A stretch of DNA of 64,000 bases. Origin: the human T2T-CHM13v2.0 reference genome, Homo sapiens. How positions within the stretch are numbered: the first letter of the stretch is position 1; every line of letters starts with the position of its first letter. The notes under the pieces were generated by a model. That model did no database searches. It worked only from the letters and a program-made list of their open reading frames with translations, and had not been told where the DNA came from. The stretch lies in the NCBI RefSeq assembly GCF_009914755.1, contig NC_060926.1; one strand, 5' to 3'. Of the stretch, positions 45,401 to 57,035 are shown piece by piece. Position numbers and translations under genes: made by a program.

Positions 45401-45651
45401 TCAGCACAGATTGACTCATCCAACACCCTGGATACTTTGACATCCCAATTCTTGGACCACCTCATCACCAGTGACCATTTTTTCTATCACTACTATGGTA
45501 ACTCCCTGGCCATTGTCATTATCAGACACAATTCCCCTCCAAAACCTTGTTAATTTCTAGTCTCTGGCCATAGCTCCTATCCTTCTAGCTCACTTGCTTA
45601 AATATCTGCCAAGAAGCAATGGATCCTCCTACTGATGTCAGTTCTCTAATC

Positions 45652-45972
45652 CAGCGGTCCCCAACCTTTTTGACACCAGGGACCGGTTTTGTGGAAAACA
45701 ATTTTTCCATGGGGGTATTGGATAATTTCAGGATGAAACTGTTTGACTCAGGTTATCAGGCATTAGAGTCTCATTAGGAGTGCACAATTTAGATCCCTTG
45801 CATATGCAGTTCACAATAGGGCTGGCGAGAATCTAATGCTGCTGCTGATCCCCGGAGGTGGAGCGCAGGTGGTAATGCTTGCTGGCCTGATGCTCACCTC
45901 CTGCTGTGCGGCCTGGTTCTTAACAGGCCACAGACTAGTATAGGTCTGCGATGTGGGACTTGGGGACTCCTG
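45652..45972 (+). mobile_element. MER1B (hAT-Charlie MITE)
   Basis: TIRs cagcggtccccaa / ttggggactcctg; 8-bp TSD ctctaatc / atctaatc. Confidence 0.9.
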
Positions 45973-46805
45973 ATCTAATCCATTCTCCTATCAATTCTTT
46001 CTATCCACATAGCCTCTTCTAGACTGTCCTTTCTTTTTGTCCAACTCAAATTCTGTGAGTCATTGTTCCAATGGCTCCCATATAATTCCCATAACTTCTT
46101 TACCCCTCACTTTCTCAAAATCACTTACTTAATAAATCCAGCCATGTAAGAACTCAATCATCTGCCTTCTCCGTGCCTGCCAACACCTCTACGTTGCAGA
46201 AAATAATCACACAGCTGGGTAGACTGGAGTCACCAATCTCAAATGGGCACTCAACCCTGGCAATTCCACTATAAAGCCTCTCTCTCCAGTCTCACTTAGG
46301 ACTCTTTCATACCTTTTCATCATGCCCCTTTCACTTTAAGGTGAAAACCTTGCTTTACATGTCAGAGAAAAGAAGAGCCCTCAGCTGGGATTGCCATTAT
46401 GCTCCAGTGTTCGGTTCTGTAAACTCATCTGCTTCTGCAAACTCATCTGCTTCTGCTTGCCCTTCCTGCCTCAAAAGGAGGAGGAGGAGGAAGAAGAGGA
46501 AGAGGAAGAGAACAACCACTCTCTTCTCAAAGGCCAACCTAACTCTCTCATGTTCTGAAGCTTGTCCTTTCTTGCCTTCACAAGTATTTTGCCCATTCAG
46601 TTTTCCTTTCTTCTGCATTTTCAATCTTTCCTCCTATGGCACCATACCTATGAGTTTACATATATAATTTATGATGTCTCCTCTGAAAAGAGAAACAAAA
46701 TAAAATCCTCTCTTGATTGTGCATTTCCCTTTAGCCACCACCCCATTTATTTGATTTTTTTAAATAGCCAAATGTCTTTAAGGCTTTGTTATTTTTGTAT
46801 TTTGT

Positions 46806-47105
46806 TTTTATTTATTTATTTTTGAGACTGAGTCTTGCACTATCGTCCAGGCTGGAGTGCAGTGGTGCGATCTCAGGTCACTGCAGCCTCCGCCTCCCAG
46901 GTTCAAGCAATTCTTGTGTCTCAGCCTCCTGAGTAGCTGGGACTTCAGGCACGCACTGCCACGCCTGGCTAATTTTTGTATTTTTAGTAGAGACAGGGTT
47001 TCGCCATGTTGGCCAGGCTGGTCTTGAACTCCCAACCTCAGGTGATCTGCCCACCTTAGGTTCCCAAAGTGCTGGGATTACAGGCATGAGCCACTGCGCC
47101 GGGCC
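46806..47105 (-). mobile_element. AluS
   Basis: Full antisense Alu; long TSD aaggctttgttatttttg. Confidence 0.95.
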
Positions 47106-48724
47106 AAGGCTTTGTTATTTTTGATGTTTCTAAATTTTCATTTACCATTGACTTCAAATATTTCCATCTAGCTTCTGCTAAAACTACTTTCAAGGATGTT
47201 AATTCCTTCTATGATGCCACATCCAATGGCTTACATTTTTGTTTTTCATTTTGCTGTATGTCTCTATCGGATTCAACACTGACCCTATCTTCCTTTTGTG
47301 AAACACGCCCACATGTGACATCCGTCGCCCCTGGTTTTTATTTAATCTCTGCCTGCCACTTCTTTATCCCCTTTCCTGGCTTTTAATCCTCCACTTGATT
47401 GCTACATTTATTCTTCTCTCTCTCTCTCCTCCCTATTTAGATACTCTCATTCATTTCTATGGCCTTAAATACCATTTGCATGGTGACAACTCCCAGATTT
47501 ATATCTGTAGCATTGCATGTTGCTCCAAACTTCAGTCACGTAGATCCACTTGCTTATGTTACACTATCTCCATTTGAGTGTCTCACAGGCATCTTAAATA
47601 TAACATTTTTAAAACTAAGTATTTTCACTATTCATCTTTCCAATTTCTGCCCTATAATATCTCTTCCCTTTAAATCTTCCCCATATCAATAAATGACATG
47701 ACCTCTACTCATTTGCTCAAGAAAAAAAGTAGGAGTCATCCAATCCATCAGCATGTCTTCCAGAATATATCTTAAATCTGCCCACTTCCTTCTGTATTAG
47801 TTTACAATATTATCGTCTCATGTCTGACTTACTATAATGCCCTTCTAACTAATTTCTCCGCTTGCTTTGGTAACCTCTTGCAACTCGTTCTTCATGTAAC
47901 AGCCAGAGTGATCTACTAAACATAAGCCAGACCACACAACTCCCTGACTTAAAACCCTCCAATGGATTGCTACTTCACTTTGAATAAAATCCAAGGACCT
48001 TACTTTGGTCCATAGGCTGTTGCATGGACTGGAGCCTATTTTCCTCTCTCTCCTTATTCATACTACTCTCCTAATTGCCATGAGAGCCTTCTTTCAGTTT
48101 CTTAAATACATCATCTGTACTGTTTCTTCTTCACTAGCTTCTTTCATGGTTATCTCCTTTTCATCTTCCAGGTTTCAGTTGAAATGTCACATCCTTTGTA
48201 AGTCCTTCCTGAATCATTTTCTCTAAATAGTTCCCCTCTTCCTATACTATCCCATTGCTCTTTATCTTAGCATTCTGTCTGCTTTTATAAATAATCCTTT
48301 CCATTTGGGAATTACTTGTTTACTGGCTGTTTTCCTGTCTTCTTCGTGATACTGTCAGCTCAGTGATGGTGGAGACTATATCCATTTCATTCGACACTTG
48401 TACAACCAAAATCTAGCACAAATTCTGTATCTGATAATTACTTGTTGAATAGATGAATGCCACAGAGAGTGTAATGAAAATGACTGACCCTTATGTGGAC
48501 TTGTATTATAGAAAATTTCAGGACTATAACATCAAAGCTTTATTCGAGATTTTAAGCACTTGTCAAAATGGATGAAGGCCATTTTTTTTTGAGAAAGAAT
48601 TGTGTATATAGTCTGCTTTCTACTCCAGTAGGAAATCCATTCTTAGATCCTCTATGATGAATTTCCAATCTATGAGACCTTTGTGAAGTCAAAGTACAAT
48701 AAAATTGAATTACTAAGAACTTGA

Positions 48725-49036
48725 GGCCGGGCACAGTGGCTCACACCTATAATCTGAGCACTTTGGGAGGCCGAGGTAGGCAGATCACTTGAGCTCAGGA
48801 GTTCAAGACCAGCCTGGGCAATATGGCAAAACGCCGTCTCTACAAAAAAATGGAAAAAAAAAAATTAGCCCGGTATGTTTGGCACACGTCTGTAGTCCCA
48901 GTTACTCAGGAAGCTAAAGTGGGAGGATCACCAGAGCCTGGGAAGTCAAGACTGCAGTGAGTGGTAATTGCATCACTGCACACCAGCCTAGGTGACAGAG
49001 TGAGACCTATCTCAAAAATAAAAACAAAAAACAAAA
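48725..49036 (+). mobile_element. AluJ
   Basis: AluJ diagnostics 'cagcctgggcaatatggcaaaac', 'gtgggaggatcac'. Confidence 0.9.
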
Positions 49037-52000
49037 CACTTGAAATTAAAACAATAAAATATAAGCTCAATTATTTTATAGTTTCAACAGACGTAATTAT
49101 CAAGTTTCTACAAAACTTTCTGAACAATTGTTGTCTGTGTCCATACATATCTCATTAAATATTAGTAACAAATCTTTTGAGACCAGCACTGGCTTAAGAC
49201 CTACACTTTGAGTAGTGCAGGTTTACTCCATCATCCTTCCATTTGATATTGGTTTAAGGTAATAGATCTCAAATCCTGAACTATTCTTTGTCGGGTATGC
49301 TAAATGCCCAACCTCCTGCAGAGTATTTAGTATCCTAGTCCTAGGACACTAAAAACCAGTGCCATCACCCTTACTAGTTATTGTCCAAACCAACACCTTT
49401 CCCACCTCCTACCCACCAATGGGGGAGCATCAGCAACGCCATAATTTGGAACCACTTGGGGGTGTGGGTTCTGACAGTTGCTCAGTAGTGTTAGCGTAGG
49501 CACTGTGGTTATCAGCCTGGGGAGGAATTGAGTCCTAGCACCTGTTCAAGAAAATTAAGCACCTGTGGTAATGAATTTAAAGTGGAGGGTGGGAAAGAAT
49601 CCTTGCCAAATTATGCCTATTAGTTTTGTTTCCTACACATTTCTTGAATTTTGAAGGGGGCGACAGTGGGGAGAAAAAGTCAAATATTACCTTTGGGATG
49701 TTGGGATGTTGAGATTTATATTACATCACAGTTTCTCTTAACTCTTCTAACTCACTTTCTCCTTCACCTAAAATCTTTTGTCTTAACACTTTTCCCCTTA
49801 TCCATTCCCACATTCTTATCCTCCTCGATATGTCTTTTTGACCCCATTGGCACAGTGCAATGCTATACAGATGGACGTTAAGTAGAAGGGGAGGAATAAA
49901 TAGCAGCAAAAGCTAGGATGTAGAGAATTTTCTTCCCACCTTGGGCACTTAAGGAGAGGGGGATATTTATAAAAGATACATCGATCATTTCTCCCTTCCT
50001 TGGACTCACCAAGTTACCAAATTTATTCCCCATGCATTATGCCTTACAGCGTTGGCATATAAGAAATTCGTTACTTGTGCCACTTCAAGAATGCCCATGT
50101 CATCTGAACACAGATTTTTATAGTAGCTAGAAAGCAGCACGAAAGCTTCTAAGTCCTTCATTTAAGGGGAACTTAACATCCTCCATACTCCAAAGGTTTT
50201 CAGTCATCTTCCTGAAGATGAAGGAAGAGATTAGACGTGTGTTGCTGAAGTGTCTGTTGGTGGGTCCAAACGCAAGTTCAATTATAACCCAGTTCATTTC
50301 CAGCTCTACTTCAGAACTGAAGATTTAAACTTCTCCACATCTTTTTGAGCCATGACTTTGTTAACACAAAAAGAAATCTTTTATTCTGGAAGCAGTCTGT
50401 GTCACTTATTTACCTCTACCTCCTCATCCAGCCAACACTCTAGATTGAACTGGCTTCTCAAGATTCTTCCACCTGGGAATAATTTTCAGTTCAATTGAAC
50501 TTGGCAGGACTCTGAACTTCAAATTCTAGCATTGGAGTGGCCATAAGGCTAGGTCTTGGGGCTGGGAAGTGAATGAAGTTAGCTAAAGATGTTTATCTCA
50601 TAATGCCCGATGCTCTGGTCGATTAGAATTCATGTTTCCTTTTCCTTTCCTCTCCTTTCTCATTTTCCTTCCCAAACCAGGTTTTACACCTTGCAATGTG
50701 TTAGGAAGTGGTTGTTGGATTTATGGATTTTAAAAAGTGATTCTAGAAAACAAGGAGGAAAGAAGGGCAATGGGGTTAGCTGTAGCTACCTCTTTTTAAG
50801 CTTTGAAGCTCCGGTGGAAATTAGTCACAATTCCTTGTCTTTTTAGGTTACATTATTTTTGAATTAAAAAAAAAAACGAAGGGGTAATTGAACACATTTA
50901 GGAACAGAATAGCTGCGTTACTGGTTGTTAATACTTTTCCCATGGGGTTTTCTGTCTTTGTTAGAAAGGAATGTCCTCGTGAAGACTGGCTGCTTCTCTT
51001 TAGTACTACAGAAAAATAATTTTCATGCTCTCGTTCTTATAATGGCAAATTTAGTTGGTAAGATAAGGAATATATTTACAAGTTTCAGTTGTATTACTCG
51101 CTATTCCAGTTATTCCACTTGCTCAGGCTTCACAATTAAAGAAATACTGAAGTGATGCACAGATAAGACAAGAGTGGGGCCTGACCCTAACTGACATCAA
51201 ATTCTCTAATGAACTTCAAGTGTTTCTAGAGTAAAATATACTCTTCCATTCCAGAACCGTTAGTACAACTCTTAATTCAACCAGAAAATGGAAGGCTTAC
51301 ACATATTCCTTTGACCAACTCATAAAGATAGGAGAACTACATGAGATCATTCAGACACCTTTAATACCGACTTGGGACTTTGTAACTGTTCCAACATCAG
51401 TCAAATTCTGAGCATCACGATTTGAGAACTGGCAATCTTGGAGAGATTTAAAGAGCCACGTTGATTATTAATAACCCTGATAAGTTGTAGAAATGGGCAG
51501 ATAATTACAGGATGAACTTAATAGACAGAAATACAGAGTAATTTAGAGGAAGTAAACTGCTGTAAATATAAGTGAGAAGACTTGGCTTTGTGGGAAAAGG
51601 TGGGAATCAGTAAACCACAAATGAAACATGAATTAGCCATATTATACAGTTGTTTTATTAAAAACCAAAACTTTGTAGAGTACATTAACAGAGACTGTAT
51701 TTAAGAGAAAGGCAGTCATCCCTTAGTCATTTATACAATTATTTATTAAGCACTTATGTGCTAGTTGATACTTCTGGGTGCTGGAATAAAATAAGGAAAA
51801 AATCAAGATCTCTACCTTCACGAAGCTCACTAAAGTGTGGTAAATGACAGAGCAACTACCTTCAATAGTCTCTAGTTTGTATTCTGCAACCAACTGAATA
51901 CAGCAAATACTAAAAGCTACTTGAGGTAGGGATCCATCCTATTTTTACCTGTTGGATCCCATTCCGTGCCTAGCACACCAGCTTGTAAGCAATCGACATG

Positions 52001-52868
52001 GATTAAGGGGTAAAAACAGGCCCTTAAATAGCTAAAATTTTGACAAGTAATCACTTGTCTGATCATCAAATATGTCGTTCGAAATCCTCATTTTTTTCTT
52101 CAAAGCGCAGTAAACAAGTATTTGCGCACCTATTACGTGCAAAACAGTTTTCAACACAATGCTTTGTGTGTAAAAGGAACGGCGGGAATGGATTCAAGTT
52201 GCGCATCGTGATAAATGGCGTGAATATCCTGAGCGGGTGGACAGCCCTTCCTCCGTGAGTTTTTTCTTTTTCTTTTCTAGTCACCAAGACAGCACGCGTG
52301 TGCAGAAGCTGCAGCGGTGGGACGCAGTGCTAAGTCTGGGGGCGCACACACCAGCTCGCGCGTCGCGAGCTCGCCTGGGCAGCTCGGCGGGCGCGGCGAA
52401 ACAGCTCCCACGTCCGCCTTCCACCGACTCCTCGGTCTCAGAGCGGACGAGGCGTCCCCCCAGAGGAAAGACTGGGCGCCGCAGACGCCCCTTGGAGAAG
52501 TCCCTGGCCACTCGCCCCACCTCGGGGTCCTCTTCCTCTTGGGCTTCTCCTGACCCTTTGGGTGGGCGCTCCAGAGAGGCCCGTCGGACGCGATTTGGAA
52601 ACGGGTCGTGCCCGGCCTAGCCCGCATCTACTCGCCCGGCCACAGCCCAGCCACAGCTTAGGGACTTTGAGGCGCCCGCGCCCCTTTGTCGCGGTATCTC
52701 TAGCCCAAGCAGGCCGGACGCCGAGGCCTCGCGGTATCGAGCCTCCGTCCGCCCCGCCTCCTCGCCCTCCACTCCGCCCCGCCCTCGCTCTCTCACCCCT
52801 CCCCCGCTCCCGCCTCGCTTCCCCGACAATCTCCTCGCGCTCCCGGCCCGGCACGCGCGCTGCGCCCG

Positions 52869-52913
52869 GCCGCCGCTGCCGCCGCCGCCGCCGCCGCCGC
52901 CGCCGCTGCCGCC
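52869..52913. repeat. (GCC)2 GCT (GCC)9 GCT (GCC)2 trinucleotide repeat
   Basis: Counted directly. Confidence 0.97.
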
Positions 52914-53475
52914 GAGCGTTCCTCCGCTGCGCCTGGCTTCCAGCTTCGGGCCGGAACCGGAAGTTTGGGGGGCGGAGCCCGGCGGAGGCCAGGAGACCGA
53001 AAACGCGGCCGAGCCCGGAGCCCGGAGCTGGAGCCAGAGCCTGGACCAGAACTTGGCCGCCGCCTGCACCGCCGCCGCCGCTGCCGCCCGCCGCCCCTTC
53101 CCCGCGCCGCAGCCGCCTCGCCGCCACCGCCGCGAGCTCGGCCGCCAGTGGTCCTCGGACTTTAGGTGTCTGGGTTGAAGGTCGGTCCGGACATCGGACC
53201 CAGTCAGTTCCCAGACTGTCCGGGCGGCAGCGGACGCCGCTGCCGCCGCCGCCTCTTCGTCGCCTCAGCCTGGCGTTTTGTTCCGAGAGACGGGAGAGGC
53301 GAGCGGAGCTGACAGTGATTTTGACAGTGATTTAAACCCGCTTTTGTTGTTGTTGGCTTTTCGTTGTTTGGTTTTGTGTGTTGTGCGTGTGTGTGGCGGT
53401 TTTTCCCCCGTGGTGCATTTTATTTTTTATCGTTGTGCTCTTTTTTTTCTTTTTTTTTTTTTAACCCAGTGAGCG

Positions 53476-53501
53476 TTTTTTTTTTTTTTTTTTTTTTTTT
53501 T
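53476..53501. repeat. T26 mononucleotide run (with T8-C-T13 at 53441-53462)
   Basis: Counted directly. Confidence 0.95.
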
Positions 53502-53626
53502 GGTCTGGGCTTCCGAATATGTTTTATGACGGTTGATTTTACACCAGGAGGTTTGTCTCCGAGGAAGACCCAGGGAACTGGATATCTAGCGAGAACTTCC
53601 TCCGGATTCCCCGGCGCCTCGGGAAA

Positions 53627-53681
53627 ATGGGAGCTGCTGCAAAGTTGGCGTTTGCCGTCTTTCTTATCTCCTGTTCTTCAG
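53627..53681 (+). CDS. ACVR2A: Activin receptor type-2A, coding part of exon 1 (signal peptide)
   Basis: gaaaATGG Kozak context; MGAAAKLAFAVFLISCSS(G) is the known ActRIIA N-terminus; phase-1 donor CAG|gtaggt at 53682; exon 2 is not in the window. Confidence 0.97.
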
Positions 53682-54855
53682 GTAGGTGCAGGGAGCGCGG
53701 CGCGGTGGGGCTGCTCCTGCGGCCGCGGCGGCCGCTGCTGGGGGCCGCGGCTGGTGTTGAGTCGGAGAGTCCAGTGGAGCCTGGGGAGGTTGCCCACTCC
53801 CTGCGCCCCTCGGCTGCCACCGCCCCCCCCCCGCCCCCAGGTCTGATTGTGATCTGGAAACCTCCATGCATTTTTCTCTTTTTGAGTTGGGTCGGCGAGC
53901 TGATAAGAGTGAGTGCTGTGTTGTTGTGGAAGTGAGAAAGTCATGTTTTGTGGCCATAACACTGGATGACAGCGCTGGTTGGGTTGCAATTAAGCCGCAA
54001 ATACCACAAGTGACAATTTATGCAAAGGTTGAGATCTGAAAGGAGTATTTAGTGTGGGCTCCTCCAAAACAAGGGTTGCTTTTTGTCATCGTTTAATTAG
54101 TGCTTCACCGGTGAATATCACGACATAGATCAAGCCAGTTGCTGCTTAATTTTGGCTGTGGGAAACAATACATCCTATCAGCAATTTAATCTGGGTCTCC
54201 CCTCACGTTTTCTTCAACTTCAGCGTCCAGCAGTGTTAAAAATAGTTGTAGTTGTTGTTGGAGTATTAACTATAACCCAGTGCAGAAGAGGTATGCCGCT
54301 TGGTATTGGTAATGTGCTGGCGTTCAACCACCATTTGTGTGCTCTTTTGGGGCATAGATTTTGCTTACCTACGGAATACTTATTTTAAACGCTTTGTATT
54401 GAAGCATTGTTTTCGGTTTAGAACAACCCATGTGAAATTGTTTTTGTTAAATATAGTACACTCATAAAATAGGTTTTAGCTCAAGGTTGGGGGAATAAAC
54501 GGGCCATTTTATATTGGAAATTTTGATTTTGTGAGGACGTTCTATGGTTGCAACCAGTGGTTGGAAAAACTATCTAGTCTTTTGTATTTGAAATTCTATA
54601 AATAAATACAGCATCTAGCTGAAAGGTGTGCAGATGTACATAACAGGAGAGTTAGTTCAATAGATGAAACATTTTAAATAAGTCTCATTGGATCTATTTA
54701 TTGTAAAATTTAATATTCAGTTACAAGCTTGTGGCATAGAATTACGGGGGACTCTTGGAAACGGGGGCGAATTGACAGGTTTCATGGCCATGTCTTTATC
54801 TCGTTTGCCACAGGAAAATTAAAGGGTGGTAGTCTTCTTTGTGTACCTCTGTGGG

Positions 54856-54885
54856 GTGTGTGTGTGTGTGTTTGTGTGTTTGTGT
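54856..54885. repeat. (GT)n microsatellite
   Basis: Read directly. Confidence 0.9.
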
Positions 54886-56798
54886 CCGTCTTCCCCACCC
54901 CCCTTTAAATATAATCTTTTGTAATGTATAGAATTTTGCTGAATGGTACATTTCCTTGTGGTTAATAAATGGATAAAGTCTAGTCTTATGTCTGTAGTGG
55001 TATTGATCAGTTCCGGGTGGGCTGAATGTGTTGTGAAATGGCGATCATTGCCAGAGATTAACCAAAAGAATCATGTCTGTTTAAATGGAAGAAGGAACAT
55101 GCTTAAGGCAGGCTGACAGTTCTTTTTGTGCACGGTTTGGGAAGGAAGCTAAACAATGGTGTGTCTGAAATGAATGAAGGCCTTGATAACATTAAACCTC
55201 TTGCTTTTGTGACATGACTTAACCATGTAGTTTTTATCTTTCCAGTAGTACTCTTTTTTCCTCTGCTTCTATATGTTGTGGCTGGTGAACTCCTCTTGTT
55301 CAAATCCCTTGTTCTGATCTCTTGCCCTTGAGGAGGAGGGGCATCATGGCCACTGACCAAGGAATTGTGGACATTATTCCCTCTCAAACCCACCTGAGTC
55401 ACACTAATTGATGAAGGAGGTTATTCTTGAGCAGTCTCAAGGTATTACTTCTTGAAAAGCAGGCTGTCGCTACAGATCTTACAGCTTCTTCTGCTTGGTT
55501 TGGTAGTAAAAATAATTGAGCATTAGTTTCTTGTGGGATTATTTTCATTGGGCCAGGATTATTTTCAGTGGGCCAGGAGGTTAATAGCTATAATTTTGAA
55601 ATAAAGTGATTTTGTTGCTGTAGGGCATATAGATATTCCACTTATATTAAACTAATATTATGTTGTTGCATAGGCTTTTTAAGATGAACATTCCCAGTTG
55701 AACTAAAATATGTGATTCTGTTGAAGATAATTGAAATAATCATAAAGACCTTAATCCATATTTATACATGAACAATTTGAGTACTTAAAATGTCTGATTT
55801 TTAAAAGCCTTTTGTTATGGATCAGATGCACTCTAAAAAAGGATTATTATGTTTCTCCAACTAATTGATTTTTCTACAAAATGTGTGATCTGACATGTTG
55901 GAAGCATGAGGTGACTATTTTTATGAGAATTTTAAAAATTCTCAGGTTGTCAGTTTTTCATTTCTAGATATTTGATTTTTTTTAAAAATCAAAATGGGAA
56001 ACAATAGTAAGGAACAGTTTTGTTCCAGGTGTTTAGGAGGGATGTTTACTATTTCGTGGACTCTGATTTTTCAGTTTCCATCCCATGGTATGTATTCTGG
56101 AGACTGATTATGCAGACTATTCCTGTAGGATATGGCCAAGTGTATAATTTCCTCCTCTCTCTCATTCCAGGGGAAACATTTTAAATTTTGCCCCTATCCT
56201 GGAGTGCCTTCAGATTACCTTTGATTTTGAATTTTTTCATTCCTCTCATACTTTCTCAGATTCTGTTTCAAAACATAAATCTTAGTTTTCTTTTTATAGC
56301 ATTGTGGTTTATTTGTGTCTTTCCCCACAGTTTGTTGAAGTATGAGAATGACTTTAATACTTGCTTTAGTACTTAGATTTATCCTATCTAGAGTTATGCA
56401 GCTATTGTGGTATTTGAGTTGCATAGAAGTAAGTTGAGAATTCCTTTGGATTTTGTGGGAGCTGGAGCAGTATGGTCAATGTATTTGATGAAAGAGGAAA
56501 TGGAAATATGGTAATTATGTTTTCTTCAGTTCAGCTAGGCAGTACTGTGTATGTGTGAATGTATGTGTGGTTGGAGGGGGAGTTAGCATTACAGAGAATC
56601 TTTTGGGATTCTTTTGAACTTTGATTAACAAGTGATGGATGATAAATACTTTGTTTTCTAAAAGGCAGAATCTCTTATAAATGGTGTCTGTGGTCAAATT
56701 CAAATATAATACATTGAAACATGGAGACTAGAAACAAAATGAAACAAAATTCTCCCTCCATTCATTTTCTATTTTTTTTTCCTGTTTATGATCTAAGC

Positions 56799-57029
56799 CA
56801 ACAGTTCTCAAGCTGGGGTGAGTCCCCCTCCCTACTTCCCCAGATCCCCATCCATGGGACATTTGGAGACATTTTTGGTTGTCACAACAGGGGACGGGGT
56901 GTGCTACTGGCATCTAGTTGGGTAGAGGGCAGGGATGCTTCTAATCGTCCTAAAATACATGGTACAGCCTTCCACAACAAAGAGTTAGCTGGCTCAATAT
57001 GTCAGTAGTGTAGAGGTCAAAAAACCCTG
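56799..57029 (+). mobile_element. MER20 (hAT-Charlie)
   Basis: 'ggagacatttttggttgtcacaac...gtgctactggcatctagt.gggtagagg.cagggatgct...cacaacaaaga...aaaccctg'. Confidence 0.9.
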
Positions 57030-57035
57030 TTCTAA

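Larger units (their letters stand above)
45400..48460 (+). mobile_element. Long L2 remnant interrupted by MER1B and an Alu
   Basis: Pyrimidine-rich L2 ORF2 motifs ('ggccttaaataccatttgcatggtgacaactcccagatttatatct') and 3' tail 'ttgttgaatagatgaat'. Confidence 0.7.
52280..53850 (+). promoter_or_regulatory. ACVR2A: CpG-island promoter and 5'UTR of ACVR2A
   Basis: Sharp rise in GC and CpG; several GC boxes (ccgccccgcc at ~52749 and ~52774; ggggcgg at ~52969); tandem ETS/GABP sites ccggaaccggaagt at 52951-52964; TATA-less; lies directly upstream of the ACVR2A ATG. Confidence 0.93.

Noticed and set aside
52237-53335. Long Arg/Pro/Gly-rich ORFs (229 aa, 257 aa etc.) in the CpG island
   Set aside because: Stop-codon scarcity in GC-rich DNA, mostly non-ATG starts and no recognisable domain
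53627-53935. 102-aa ORF from the ACVR2A ATG
   Set aside because: Only the first 55 nt are exon; the rest is read-through past the gtaggt donor into intron 1
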